From NCBI RefSeq assembly GCF_964204645.1, contig NC_134032.1:16515252-16579251 (forward strand): DNA of 64,000 bases, in the 5' to 3' direction. The position numbers and the translations under genes were made by a program. Origin of the DNA: Tubulanus polymorphus (Eukaryota; Animalia; Nemertea). Below are positions 36,092-60,900 of the stretch, piece by piece. Within the stretch, counting starts at the first letter, position 1; each line of letters begins with the position of its first letter. The notes under the pieces are model-generated. The model was not told the DNA's origin and searched no databases. It saw only the letters and a program-made list of their open reading frames with translations.

Positions 36092-38795
36092 TCATTTCTA
36101 GAGTGTTTTATAGATCACTATACATTTCTAATGTGTTTTTATCAAAAAAAAACAAATAGAACTTTGATCCGAGATATATTTTACAATCATCTGATTTTTA
36201 TCAGCTAAACTGCGTTATTCTATATTGTCACCACACATGAAACCTGAGTCATAGAACAGCGAACGATCAGATTTAGTTGATCAGTTTTACATGCATCTGG
36301 TATAGATCGATCGATTGATTGATTGTCATCTGATGTTTAGTTTTATGAGATGTATCTGATATCGCGACACTCAAACTCTACCGGATGCTGGGATTCTAAC
36401 CGCGCTTTACTGATAGCTAGGTCACGTGGAGCCAGGCGAGCACTTCGTTGACCACGGGCACAGCATTTTAGACAAATATGATTCAATCATCACTTGAGTG
36501 GATGGTGAGTACAATGGAACGATCCAGTAACTGTGGAACTGGATCGTGAAGTGTGGATCCTGGTCCAGTAACTGTGGAACTGGATCGTGAAGTGTGGATC
36601 CTGGTCCAGTTACTGTGGAACTGGATCGTGAAGTGTGGATCCTGGTCCAGTAACTGTGGAACTGGATCGTGAAGTGGGGAAGTGTGGAACTGGGTCCATT
36701 AACTATAGGTTCGGTGTTTGTACTGTCAAATAAAGTGTATCTGATGAATTGATCTAAAATGTCACAAAAGTTTTAGTTTTGGTTTGGTTAGTAAATATAA
36801 AGCGATCGTTGATCAGTAACAGCTGTTTCTCCCAACTCGCTAGCTCGCGACAAACCCCATTCATATATCTGTTTTGTGTCGCGTTAATCTCGTTCTATTT
36901 GGATTAATCACTGGTCTGTGATTCAACGATCAATCAATATGAAATATAACGATGTATTTCACAAGTTTGTTTATTGGTTGGGGGATAGCGAGCAGGACAA
37001 GTAAGTTTACAAACTCTCTGTATCTCCCTCCTAGTGGAGCGTCCCTTTTAAACCTCCTGCAACTTTTCGTCGGTTGCGGTGATTTTATTTTTTATTTTCT
37101 TTCATATTTACTATAAAACACGAAAAATATTCTCATTTACCGAATTTTTTAGAAGAGCATATTTTACCCATTCAAAAGTGCTCCAGAAAGTCTATAGCAA
37201 TTCTTATCACACATAATCCCTTATCTTATCATCTCTATTCGTCTTATCTCTAAACCCCATCTTAAAAACCGTTCCGCTGCTTTTGAGATATCGGGTGATG
37301 GTTTTTACAGATCACGTGGTATGATGAATACTTTTATTACCCCTTTGCCAGAATCACTGGACCAGTGTTTGAATCGATACCGAGAGCGGTAAATATAAAC
37401 GATGTCACATACACGGTGTTTACGGCTAATTACGTCACTCTAGCCAGAACCGCGCTGGTCGTTCCGATCGCCATCGCTTTAAAGTGAGTTTTATTATAAA
37501 TCTACCGTTTAGATTTCAGCGAGATTCATTTTCGATTCGATTATGAAATCTATGTTATATTTGAAGGTATGAATATTTTCTGCTGGCTGCTTTATGCGTC
37601 GTGATACACGATCTATTAGATCATGTAGATGGTATCGTAGCCCGGATACATAAGAGAATATACGGACAAATCGATGACCCTTTACTCGGTGGTTTCCTAG
37701 ACGCCATTTGTGATAAAGTAAGTTTTTATCTAAGGCGCTGTAAAACATTCAAATCGAGTTTGAAATTTTGATAAGAAAAACTTTTAAACTTTGATAGATA
37801 GTGATATTGACGTCATTATGGAGTATTCTGATGGTGACACGGTTCGAGTTGATGTCTCCGATCGAATCGATCACTCTACTATCGCTGATCACGTGTTTGA
37901 TGTTATATGAGATCGCGATCGCTGTCATTCGAATACAAGATTATTTCCTCGCTACTTTTTTAAGGTATTATCTCAATATGTTTCGAGACGTTTCTGTCGC
38001 TTCTTTATATATTGATTTCTGGAGACATCTGTAGATTACAGATTTCCTCAGATGAGATAAAGAAAGATATATTGATTTTTTTCTTTCAGAGACTATAAAA
38101 GAAGTTTGAATCGCCGTACGGTATCACCGGATCTGACGTCAGCAGTGATGGTCGGTAAATTAAAAGAGAAACTCGAATCGATGTCAATCGCCTGTTTGTG
38201 TTTGTCACAGATGAATTCAAGTCCCGTTCATAGTGTCGGTACGTCACCAGAAAAACAACCACTAAATACCTGTTCAGAATTTATCAGATACAAAAATAAA
38301 TTGATTTGAATTGATCGTGAATTTAAAAGCGCGTATAATTTGAACTAATCGAACAACCGAGATTTCTTAAAACAACAACACCTCTCACTCACCAGCCCCC
38401 CTCACCAGCCCCCTCTCATAGCCCCCACTCACCCCCCCCCCCCCAATATGGTTGAACTGGTAACAATAGTTACATTTCAATAATTTCTCGTACAACATCA
38501 GTAACTGGTGAATGCGCACATGGTTCCCTGCACCACTCAGAGCGAGCACTATACATGAGTATGCTTCACACATCGATCGATCTAAGCATTGTTCAACGAC
38601 TCTAATTTCAGTAAATATTGATTTGAAACTGTATCGTGTTTATTTCCAGCCGGGATTTCAGCGATCGTCTGTTTGGTTCTTTCTGTTTATTTCGCGCATC
38701 GAAGTCTTCAACATAAAATCACAGTCAGGCGAACAATAAAACAGCAGCAGCAGAGAAACTCATCTTATAAACCAAATATACAAATAAACAGCATC

Positions 38796-39824
38796 ATGAC
38801 GCGAGTCAATCATCACGTGACTGACGATGAAACGGCAGCTGATATCCGTAAGAGGAAGGTGAGGAGGAAACCATAATATGCAATAGACAATATGCAATAT
38901 GTTTAATTAGACCCGGTGTCATGTCTGCAGTTATAATCACTATCTGTAATATATCTTTTATAACTATAGCTTGTACCAAACGAATCAACAAATGGTAAAA
39001 TAAATGAACAGCTGCAAAATATCGAACAACAAAATAAGTAAGAGAACAATAAAAAACGAATAATCTTTATACAAATTCAATATAACTCAGTTTATAATAT
39101 AGGCGTGTGTTAAATAGGACTAGTAGCAGCGGTTCCGATGAAGATGATTATAACAGCAGCGGTCAAGTCGTACCGAGACGTTACTCTTCACCCATCATCA
39201 ACACTCTCAATCCTAAAGTAGATAAAGTCTACACGATTGGCTGTTTCGATCTGTTTCATCACGGTCACGTGACGTTACTGCAGCGAATGAAATCGCTCGG
39301 TCGCCAGGTCGGTTATTTTGAAATTCGAATTGCACACGGCGTCAGGTTAACGTAGTTTATTCAAATATGAAGTTTCGTTGTTATATAGACTGTTATAGGT
39401 GTACACGATAGTCGCAGTTATTACAGATTGAAAAAGAAATACCCGATTGACAGCACGCAGAAACGCATGTTAAAAGTGAATGAATACGCCGATGTTGTGA
39501 GTATGAAAACCCTGCATCTCGACTTCATTCATAATCAATCGTGAATTATCCATCTATTTTTTTCATATGCAGGTATTCGCTATCTGTAGTACAGACCCGT
39601 CAAACTTCATGACGTGTATAATACATCTGGAGCCGAATGAAACAGCCCTGTACGTCAGAGGAGATGATATGCCGAATTTCCCGGCGCGAGGAGTCGTCGA
39701 GTCGCACATGAATGTTCATTTCTTACCCTATACACAAGGAGTTAGCAGTACAGCTATTAGAAAAGAAAAATATTCACACGTGAGACCTGATGATGATTCA
39801 AACCTCAGTGACACTCCCTGTTGA
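38796..39824 (+). CDS. Single-domain cytidylyltransferase (HxGH superfamily, glycerol-3-phosphate cytidylyltransferase/TagD-like), ~231 aa
   Basis: Exons 38796-38858, 38970-39037, 39103-39307, 39389-39496, 39573-39824 join in frame (696 nt). Motifs KVYTIGCFDLFHHGH, VIGVHD, YVRGDD and FLPYTQGVSSTAIR. Confidence 0.85.
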
Positions 39825-40937
39825 GAGACACTCCTTATTGAGAGACACTCCTTATTGAGAGACACTCCTTGTTGGGAGAGTGTTCTGTATATATAGTACC
39901 TATATCGAACAATTCATCATGATTCATTTTGTTAATTCATTCTCAATAAACTGACTTTTATCATTCTGTTATTCACGGGGTTTAATTCTAGTCAATTCTA
40001 GTCAGTTTTATCAATTATTGTTAATTTTCATTCAACTATTATTTGTATAAAGGTTAACAAGTTATATGAATATTATTATCAATCTCTCACAAAACTTGGT
40101 TTAAACGTCGAAAAATCATGTGTAGTGATCATATCTGATACTAGCCATTTTTCTGAACTAAAGGTTTTTGGATTGTAAAATATTGTTATTTATAAAATCT
40201 ATATTTAGATAATAATGAGATGAATATTAAAATCAATAAAAAATACACCTCATTTCATTCAACAAACATCTACACAACGCGCATGCGTACCTCGTATTTA
40301 TTTGCTTTCTGTTGGATCAGTGAATAGTCACTACACCACGTGACTGGCAGGGCCGGTGGAAGCAGTTGTCACTTTGTTTTACGCTGTTCAGAGTTGATCA
40401 TAGAATACGTTTTTGGTGATGCGAGCACTGGGTCTGTAATAGCTGAGGTTTTTGAATAAACTTCATCAAAAAATCATCATCGGAAAAATTATAACTGGAC
40501 TGGTCGCCGGTCTCCACACGTGGCGACATCTAGTAAGTGGTCTAGTGAGTCGGGTGTTGGTCTGGTAGTTTCGTTTAGGATTATGGCTCGGTTTTGATCA
40601 GGGCGATTTTCAGGGCTAGAAGTCTGTCGTGGCTACACGTCTGCAAACATCATTGAAATATCATCCCAGGAAACATGATTAATGAGAAACACGACTCAAT
40701 TTATTTTGAAAATCTCAATAGTTCATTGTTGTACGTTACAGGCGCCATTTTGAATCAATTAGATTTAATCAATTACGACTCGGACAAGTGTGAAGGGTCG
40801 CAGAGGAGCTGTAAGAGTGGTAGGAACTGTTACTTGTATTTAATGGGTAGAAAATCTGTTTGGATGAAAATTCGATAACATCTGTCTCTGAAAATACATG
40901 ACGTCAATAGATGTGATAAAATGAAAGTGAAACGAAC

Positions 40938-51922
<10,985 letters not shown>

Positions 51923-53904
51923 TGTGCGACTCGTTCATTCGTTCGCCTCAAACTTAACGGCGTTTTATAAATCATATCAGAACTACTAGCGCCATCTATA
52001 CATATCGAACAGAACTCATTCCATCTTGCCCCAAAAAGGAAACCGTTTGCACCAATCAGAACGAGTAAATAGAAAATACAATTATCACGGGAAGGTTTTA
52101 GTAATTTAAACAAGTCAATATAAAGCCATCGTAGACATCGACCCATTTTCTAGAATCTGTAGCTTTTTTGAATCAGGGAAATAAAAGGTTTTTCCTGTTA
52201 AACGCTGAAATAAACTATGACACTTGCTCAATGATTACTTTTCCCACCCATCTTTCTTTTTGTCTTGTGACAAACCAAGTCAGAAATCTTTGATTGTTAT
52301 AAAATGTGCATCCGGACCATTACGTGATATCCCTACCGGTAAACATATAAATTAATAGAACTGTGGCATGCGAGGAATAAGTTAGTTCACACATTCACCG
52401 TCAACGATATGTGTAGGGGCAGCACTAGACGGTTGAAATTTCAGCCAGCTCGATATTTCTACTGTGGCATGCGAGTAAAACACATCTTCACCAAATCGTT
52501 CTATCTATTCCAAGTGTATTTCGAGGTGATACTGATGATGATTTATCAAAAATATATCTGAGTTTGTTTTATATTATCAGCTATTAATAAACTCTTTTTT
52601 GCCTGTCAGCGATTTCGCAGCATATTCAAGATCAATGTGTGACAATATTTTTACTGTCCAAGTAAAATATATAAAATTCCTCCCTGATTAATTAATTAGC
52701 ATAAGACGGATCAGTGAAAGTAAAACTACGATAGTCACGTGTTGCATCAGTGTTACAGCGGGTACAAAATCATACACAGTTTCATCCCTAAACGGCCCAG
52801 TTTGATATAATATTAATATTGTATTGTTAATGATTCGCGTATATAGTGACCTGTATTCTGTTTATTATATAAAGATGATGATTTATAGTCTCGTGAAATG
52901 TGTCAAATGTCATTGTTTATTGTTCTCGGACAATACGATACAAACTGTCTACGTGACGGGCGTGCAGGTCACATCGATACCGCCATCATCCATTTTCACT
53001 ATCACTTAGATATGCTAATATTGTACCATTTCAGCCAATCACCGACGACGATGACCAATCATGTGTCCTATCACATTTGAGGATATTCTGGGAGCAGGAA
53101 GGACCCGGTGTTCGTGGCTCCGACGTATCATGAAATATCTCTGGAAATGATTGAATTTGCCTCGATTTATTCAACTTTGTCACAGAATTCGAAATGAAAC
53201 AGCTCGAACTAATTCAGGATTGTCTTCAGAAATCGAACTGTTATGTGAAACACGTGGATTCAAATAGACTCAAAGGATTTTCACTGGATTCATACACGCA
53301 CACAGGAGTCGCAGAATATGTAAGGTAGGAACAAATATTGATAGCTGAAATGATATATTTTCTTATAATCAGGAGTTCAGCCCGAGTATATTAATATATT
53401 ATATCATGTTTAAGATGTCTTCAGATTCAACATCGAAATATCATACTAGTTTTTTTGGTCTAAAAAACGGCTGAGCTCTCAATGATAAATCAGTGTTTAA
53501 TAATGTCACACATTTGAATAAGCGCGTTGATTAAGGACATCAAATTCAAGGTAAAGATTCCATATAAAAAAGTCGTGCAGGGAGTGGAATATAAAAATCA
53601 CTAGAAAGGTAACAATTAACAGAAAATGCTGTAGAAATATCGTATCTCTCAAACATTACTAAGCGGCCTCCTCAGTTTACCCGCCAGTGAGGGCCACGCC
53701 ACGCATAGAACTGAAAAAAAACTCTTATCGTCAAGTTTCATATAGAAATCCAGCAATAGATACCCTTCAATTATACATCATTAAAAAAACACTAAAATTC
53801 CTAGTGAGGCATGATAAGTCTAAGGGTCAGTGAAAAGTGTTTTACACATCTTACTGGTCTCACAACTCAATGGTCACCGACTTACGAGATCATCCGTCAC
53901 CGGT

Positions 53905-54020
53905 CTATGGTCTAGTGGTTAGCATGCTTGGCTTGCATGCTGGAGGTCGCAGGTTCGAGTCACGTTAGGTTTAGGGTTACTAGCAGCTAGGGTTAGGGTT
54001 ACGTGCGATTTGGCTTAGGG
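53905..54020 (+). mobile_element. tRNA-derived SINE-like element with TTAGGG tail (copy 3)
   Basis: CTATGGTCTAGTGGTTA...TGCTGGAGGTC..GGTTCGAGTC..TTAGGGTTAC..GCTAGGGTTAGGGTTAC, colinear with the copy at 5238. Confidence 0.65.
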
Positions 54021-54903
54021 ATATTTTGGACCGGACATCTCTGGCTATAATTACTTTTTAATCAATAGATTCTGGTGATTTGATTATTTTGCACACCTTT
54101 CTTTATCCAGTTACTCGATAGCGTTGAGACTGCTGTAAATAGAGTTGACGTAAAATAGAGGATTTTACACAATTTACCGAGTTGAACCGAGTTGACATGA
54201 ACTTATTTCACGAGAAACTGCTCCAATAAATCGATATTAACAGCAATCGATTCAGCAAAAAATGTACTGATCTGATCGTGTGAGGAATTAGAGATCGAAC
54301 CAGGAACACTAGATACTAGACTCGAGATTGGGATATCCATTCAGCATCAGTAATTACTGGGTTTGAACACGGGACACCCCTGTACAACCTCTATTCAGCA
54401 TCAGCGCCACTCTGGGTCAGTGTCAGTAAATACTGGGTTCGAACCCGGGACACCCCTGTACATCCTCTATCCAGCATCAGGATCACGCTGAATCAGTATC
54501 AGTAATTACTGGGTTCGAACCTATAACACCCTCTAATGTTGACTTTAGACATCTTACTCGGTATTTCCGATAGATGGCGCATATAAAATAAAGTTCCTCG
54601 CAAATCTTCGTTATTGGCAATTCCAGAATTGCGATAGTTCAGCAAAATTCCAATAGATGGCGAGCATACTGTTCTTTTCCAGATAATTGCTGGCTCTGAA
54701 CCTGTCATTGTTTTATAAATCTAGTTTTCTATTCAATTGAGAATAAACAATTTGCTTCTCTTTCCTCGACTGATAAATTTAAACCGACATCAGCTAGAGG
54801 CATAGCCCTAACCCGAACAGAACAAATATAAATTGCTTCATAAATAGTTTATTTGTTATTTTACATAATGATTATTCGACAGTGAGATGGGAAGAGGAGT
54901 GTT

Positions 54904-57900
54904 CTATGGTGATGTAACGTTGTCAGTGTCATTGCTGTTACACGTATTAAACAATGCTCCTAGATCACCAATAGTTAATTGAGTATCACTAGGATGACTT
55001 GTTGTAGTGGGAGCTGTGTAGGAGGAAGATGCTGCAGTTGAGTCGATTGTTTGAAGCATCATATGAATTTTCTCTTCAACTGTTCCTCGTATTAGAAATC
55101 TGTGAACAAACGTCTTTCTGTAAAACAATCATTAAACCATCGTCACGAGTCCCGCTATAGAATATTTACACTCCCCGCACTGGATTAAAACTCACTTAGT
55201 TTGTCCAATTCGATGAACTCTTCCAATAGCCTGACGTTCCTGGTTTACATTCAATATAGGATCAACCAATAAAACGTGAGTTGCTTCGATTAGATTTAAC
55301 CCATTAGCTCCGAGATGTACGGGTAATAATAACGCAGAAACATCTTCATTCTGACGGAATTCATCCACGTTTTCCTTCAAAATATAACGGCAAATAAATA
55401 CAATAATGTACCATGACGCTAATAGGGGGCGTTAAACCGCAAAAAATACCTGGAATTTCTGTTGATTGTGCAACATCTTAAAATTAATGTCGTTTTCGAT
55501 TAAAGCTTTTGATAAAACATCTAAAATCTCGACCCACTGGAAATAAATATAATATTCTAAATACGAGAGAATGAATTAATTGTAAATTGATTTATAACAT
55601 GAAAAACTTACATTTGAGAAAACTAATGTTTTACATCGCGGTTGTTCACATTGAATATCAAATAAACAACGTACGATTTCAGTGATTTTAGTCGAATAAT
55701 CGCCTTTTACTTGAATTTCATCGCAGTCATTTCTAGCTGGTTTTGTACTAACATACGAGATATCGGTTAATTGTGTCACCTGTCGACAAACTGCGCAGCG
55801 AATCACAGCATTGCGATTCTTGAATCCTCGATTCCCTGTTGCGCTGACAGCTCGATTCATCGTATGACCATCAATCAGTATACGCGAACATTGTAAACAG
55901 AAACAATGTCCACAATGTAAAACGCTCCACTGAAAAATAACAACCAGTAAATATCAGGGGTAGGTGTACATGTATTTGTAAAAACATCAGGGGAAGGTGT
56001 ACAAACCTCAACGCCGAGTTGTTGTTGACAAATAGGGCACGGTTCTGGATTCAGCCCTCCTGTTAATGTATCATTTGATTTCTCTAAATTTTGTAAATAT
56101 TGAAGTTGCCCCAGTTTTCTTTTCAACGCGTTTTCAGCAGTTAATTTTTCACCAATAAATTTCATACGTTTTGGATCCAACTGAAACATTCATGAAAAAC
56201 ATCATAATCAAATTCTACCGATCCCCTGAATTGGTCTCATCTCATCTCACAGGTGCTGTTTATTACCTCATAGTGATTCAACACGTGTAACTGTGGAGGA
56301 ACAGTTTGAATTTCTCCCGGATAAGACAATCTTAATCGTGTTGTTGCCATTGACAACTCATCTTTAGCTGCAATTTGTTCTTTTAACAGCATCCAAACAC
56401 TGCGTAAACACTGAAATAAAACACTCAATTTAACAGACAGGAACTGCTGATTCACGAGAGGTCGCCACAAGCTTTGTAAAAACTCACCCTGAATTCTTTC
56501 TTCAAAGCTTCAAATATTTTCATGTGTAAAATTCCAGCGTCAGTTAAACTAACATCACCACCTATAGAAAAGCAGTAAACTGATTGACAGTAAACTCCCT
56601 GACAGGTTAACTCACTGACAGTTAACTCACTGACAGGTTAACTCCATGACAGGTTAACTCACTGACAGGTTAACCCACTGACAGTTAACTCACTGACAGT
56701 AATCTCACTGACAGGTTAACTCATTGACAGTAAACTCACTGGCAGTTAACTCACTGACAGTAATCTCACTGACAGGTTAACTCACTGACAGTTCAACTGT
56801 TGACAGTAATTGGTAGCGCCTCCTGGATATGCTACTGTAACTAACCTCGATTTCTGATAAATGATAATATCGTGCGTAAAGTTCTTTCTAGTTCACTTTC
56901 AGCCCAGTTACCTTGACGACGAGATTCATTCGTTACTACACCTCTATAATACAATAAACTCACCCATCATTATCTATACAGGTGATACTAAAACCGGGTT
57001 TAATAGGGGTGGAAGAGTGACTCTTACTTATCGTCCATTGAGAATAGTTGTGTTTCATATTTCGTAAATAAATCATCAGTTTTACAAAAACCGCATCTAA
57101 AATCATTAATTAGAGTTAATAGAAGGTTTGTGGGCGTCTATTGCACTGAGAGGATTTAAACTTACTTAGAGATTGAATTATTAGTCGGTCGTAAACAACA
57201 TTCAACTGTTGAATTGAGTAAATATTCACTATTTCTATCATCACAAAGAGTATTCAATGATACAATTAAATCATCGTGACTCTGCTGTAACCGTTCTAAC
57301 TTTCTGCTCAATATAAACTCTAATCCACGTAAATCTCTAAAACTAGAAACAAACAGTTTGTATAATTGTGAAGGCTGCGTGTTACTATAGATACCAGTAC
57401 TTACTCATACGCGAACGTCGTATTGTTTATATTAGATGTAAGTTCAGTAATGATTTTATCCATTAAATCATGATCTGCATCAGTGTTACTATATATAACA
57501 TCGCACCACCACAAACTATCTTCCTCGAACTACAATAACAGAAAATACATTAACGATACATTCCCGATACACGATGTATCGATGAATGTATCGATATTCA
57601 CTTGTTCATTGAGTTGTTGTAGTTTATTTCGAGTTGTAACCAGATTCTTCTCCGCCTCACAAACCAATGATGTCGATTTTATCATATATTTCTCTCTCAG
57701 TTCATCGAACTTTAAAACAATCAAACACGTGTTAGCTTTAACGGTAATATTCTCTCTCACGCCATCTATTGATCGTTATACGTACCTCCGTTAATAATCG
57801 ATCATCTCTCAGTGTACGAGGGATACTAGTGGCGCCACCTTTTGTCAGTAACTCGTGTAGATTATATAATGTATGTAATTGTTGAAGTGGATCTGTTCTC

Positions 57901-60900
57901 AATTGTGGTTTATATTGTTCTATAGATAACAAAACGCTGCGATATTCATCAACTGCCAACTCTATCTGAAATATATAGGGGGCAGCACTGCACAGAGTAT
58001 CCACGTGGTTTGTTCTATATTTTTCCACTAGGGGGCAGCAGACACTTACCTTGTCCTGTAGTATGTAGATACCGGCCAAACCATTATGTGCTGCCACCTT
58101 TTGTCGATGCGCTTCTTCACAATCGGAGACAGTTTTTCTGATCATTTGAACGAGTAATTCTTGCATCGTTAAAGTTCTAGAAAACAGAAACAGCAGATTA
58201 ATATTTACTCTCTAAACCACGATTAATATTTAAACCAGGAATAAAACTTACGTTTTCTGTAAAGAGATAAACGCGCCGCGCACAGCCTGCGGATGACAAC
58301 AAGCTTGTCGTAACCGTAGTAACGGTTGTAATAACTGTTTAACAGTTAGTTTATCTAATGATTTCAGTTGAGTTTCTCTCGGAAAACGAGAAATTCTCTG
58401 AAATATCAAATTCTCCTAGTTATGACACAATTTATTGAAATGGTTAAATGATTACTGGCGCCACCTACCGAGGTTATATCGTTAAAACATTGTTCGTATT
58501 GTTGTTTGTAAAAATGATCTTCAATCGGAGAGAACTGTAACCATTTAACTGCGTCTGATTGGTCAGGAATATTTATCTGAAATCATAATCCAATTAGTTA
58601 GCAGTCAATCCTAGTTTATCATACTCTCTCTCTCTAATTTACCTGATCCAGTTAGCGGTTAATCCTAGTTTATCATACTCTCTCTCTAATTTACCTGATC
58701 CAGTTAGCGGTTAATCCTAGTTTATCATACTCTCTCTCTCTAATTTACCTGATCCAGTTAGCGGTTAATCCTAGTTTATCATACTCTCTCCAATTTACCT
58801 GATCCAGTTAGCGGTTAATCCTAGTTTATCATACTCTCTCTCTCTAATTTACCTGATCCAGTTAGCGGTTAATCCTAGTTTATCATACTCTCTCTCTAAT
58901 TTACCTGATCCAGTTAGCGGTTAATCCTAGTTTATCATACTCTCTCCAATTTAACTGATCCAGTTAGCGGTTAATCCTAGTTTATCATACTCTCTCTCTA
59001 ATTTACCTGATCCAGTTAGCGGTTAATCCTAGTTTATCATACTCTCTCTCTCTAATTTACCTGATCCAGTTAGCGGTTAATCCTAGTTTATCATACTCTC
59101 TCTCTAATTTACCTGATCCAGTTAGCGGTTAATCCTAGTTTATCATACTCTCTCCAATTTACCTGATCCAGTTAGCGGTTAATCCTAGTTTATCATACTC
59201 TCTCTAATTTACCTGATCCAGTTAGCGGTTAATCCTAGTTTATCATACTCTCTCTCTCTAATTTACCTGATCCAGTTAGCGGTTAATCCTAGTTTATCAT
59301 ACTCTCTCCAATTTACCTGATCCAGTTAGCGGTTAATCCTAGTTTATCATACTCTCTCTAATTTACCTGATCCAGTTAGCGGTTAATCCTAGTTTATCAT
59401 ACTCTCTCCAATTTACCTGATCCAGTTAGCGGTTAATCCTAGTTTATCATACTCTCTCCAATTTACCTGATCCAGTTAGCGGTTAATCCTAGTTTATCAT
59501 ACTCTCTCCAATTTACCTGATCCAGTTAGCAGTTAATCCTAGTTTATCATACTCTCTCCAATTTACCTGATCCAGTTAGCGGTTAATCCTAGTTATCATA
59601 CTCTCTCCAATTTACCTGATCTTCCACGTCTTTTTTTGCTGTTCTCCATAATATTTCCGCTACAGCATTGTGCATCGGTTCAACGTATCCATGGCAATAC
59701 GGCTGATATAGTAATACATTCCACCAATGACGTACATAAAACGGATCAGTTCCAACAAACAGAAATAATCCATATAAATCTAAAATAACAATAACACAGT
59801 TATACATTGCAGTTTTAATCAGTTTTTATTACCTTAAATGGAGTTATGTGTAGGAGTTCTAATGAATTTGTCCACCTTTAACAGAGTTATGCGTAGGAGT
59901 TCCCGTGACACACCATCTGTTTATAGCGTGTAATCTTAAAGCCATATCAGACGCACGCGATGATGTACAACCAACCATCTGAGCTTCATCTAAACAAATC
60001 TAAAATATCAAACTCTGTTAATATCAAAAATACTCATAAGATGAAACGAGTAGAACACCCCTGATCGCTTACCCTCCACCATTGAACGGCTGTTAAAGGA
60101 CTAGGAGTTGAAACAAAGCGTTTATGATGCCTCAGTTTTCGAGCTGAATTCACATTATTCCAATCAGTCAAATCTATAAAGTTGATTTCATTAGCTAAAG
60201 TTTGATAAGTCGTAATGACGATATCACAATTCGCTAATTGTTGAGGTTGAATATATGAACCTTTATTCACACCGGTATATATCTGAAATCAATCGAATCA
60301 ATCGAATCAACAATATCAATCAAATAGATTGATCGAACTCAAGAAATATACTTACAATAACTTTAAGAGAATCATGTCTGATGTGTTTGAGTATTTCTTC
60401 ATGCCATTGATGACAAATAGATCGAGGAGATACGATTAACGTAGCACCAGATTCTATAGGAGCCTACAATACACGTACACAGTGTACAGACACATATAGC
60501 TTCATTCATTGAACTATTGTAATAATAGATCATGTTTTACTTACAGTTATCAGGTGACAGTGGGGACACCTATATTCACCTAAATCACTATTATCAACGT
60601 CATAATTAACGCAATGCGCGTGCTGCCACCTATAACACATTCTACACTGAATCGTCAGTTCGTTATCGCTTGAATTTCCACAAAAACATTCGATCAAATT
60701 CTTATTGTTTGAGAAAATATCGACATTATCATCGTCCGCATCGATCGGGATTCTTCGTCCTTCGACTAATTTAAAATATTCATTCTAAAAACCAAACAAA
60801 CGGGAGCCCGGTTAGTGATTGGTTTACAATTGTGATTTGTAAAGTGTAACCACGAGGATGGATTTTACCTGTGAACAGATGAGATTCATTGAATCATTTA

